Assembly (NCBI GenBank): GCA_050257855.1
Contig: JBLMXQ010000028.1
Location: forward strand, 241-64,240
DNA: 64,000 nt
Reading direction: 5' to 3'
Source of the DNA: Betaproteobacteria bacterium
GTDB lineage: Bacteria > Acidobacteriota > Vicinamibacteria > Vicinamibacterales > CAVVIG01
The position numbers and the translations under genes are program-made. The notes below the pieces were generated by a model. It was not told the origin of the DNA. It ran no database searches and saw only the letters and a program-made list of their open reading frames with translations. Shown here one piece after another: positions 63,994-64,000 of this stretch (its first letter is position 1; every line of letters begins with the position of its first letter).

Positions 63994-64000
63994 GCGGGAA

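Overview
This is a very GC-rich bacterial chromosomal segment. The gene content (an ADOP-type duplicated FtsX permease, giant CarboxypepD_reg/Big_2/DUF11 exoproteins, sigma54 signalling) suggests an Acidobacteriota-like origin, but that is inference only. All domain calls are by-eye motif recognition; no HMM or database search was run.

nt 1-29.9 kb: one co-directional, operon-like block. It encodes three giant repeat proteins (at least 1705, 3988 and 3838 aa) and a 436-aa glycine-rich predicted beta-helix protein, followed by a short FGE/SUMF1-like gene. ORF1 and ORF2 share a reading frame and are separated by a single TAG that falls inside a beta-propeller repeat.

30.8-33.5 kb: a patch of small genes. 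These are a Gly-zipper lipoprotein, a His-rich RcnB/CigR-like protein behind a sigma54-type promoter candidate, an ATL/MGMT-like protein and a small membrane protein. The patch ends at tRNA-Pro(CGG), which has a canonical intrinsic terminator.

33.6-40.6 kb: surE, a phytase-like esterase, an MFS transporter, a secreted hypothetical, an orphan AmmeMemoRadiSam-type radical SAM enzyme, a frameshifted moaA and a MarR regulator.

40.6-51.1 kb: a PAS hybrid histidine kinase, divergent from a block of HlyD adaptor, ATPase, ADOP permease, second ATPase, NtrC-type sigma54 activator and histidine kinase.

51.2-64 kb: a CsaA-like tRNA-binding protein, a CheY-like receiver, a small wHTH protein, an MgtC/DUF4010 protein, an M14 peptidase, a CzcCBA-type HME-RND efflux operon with an upstream CxxC membrane protein, and a secreted hypothetical.

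Non-coding highlights: a REP-like hairpin repeat family at four intergenic sites with compensatory stem changes and tandem half-copies, two heptamer-periodic AT-rich tracts, and three sigma54 -24/-12 candidates. I recognised no rRNA, CRISPR array, transposase, integrase or phage gene.
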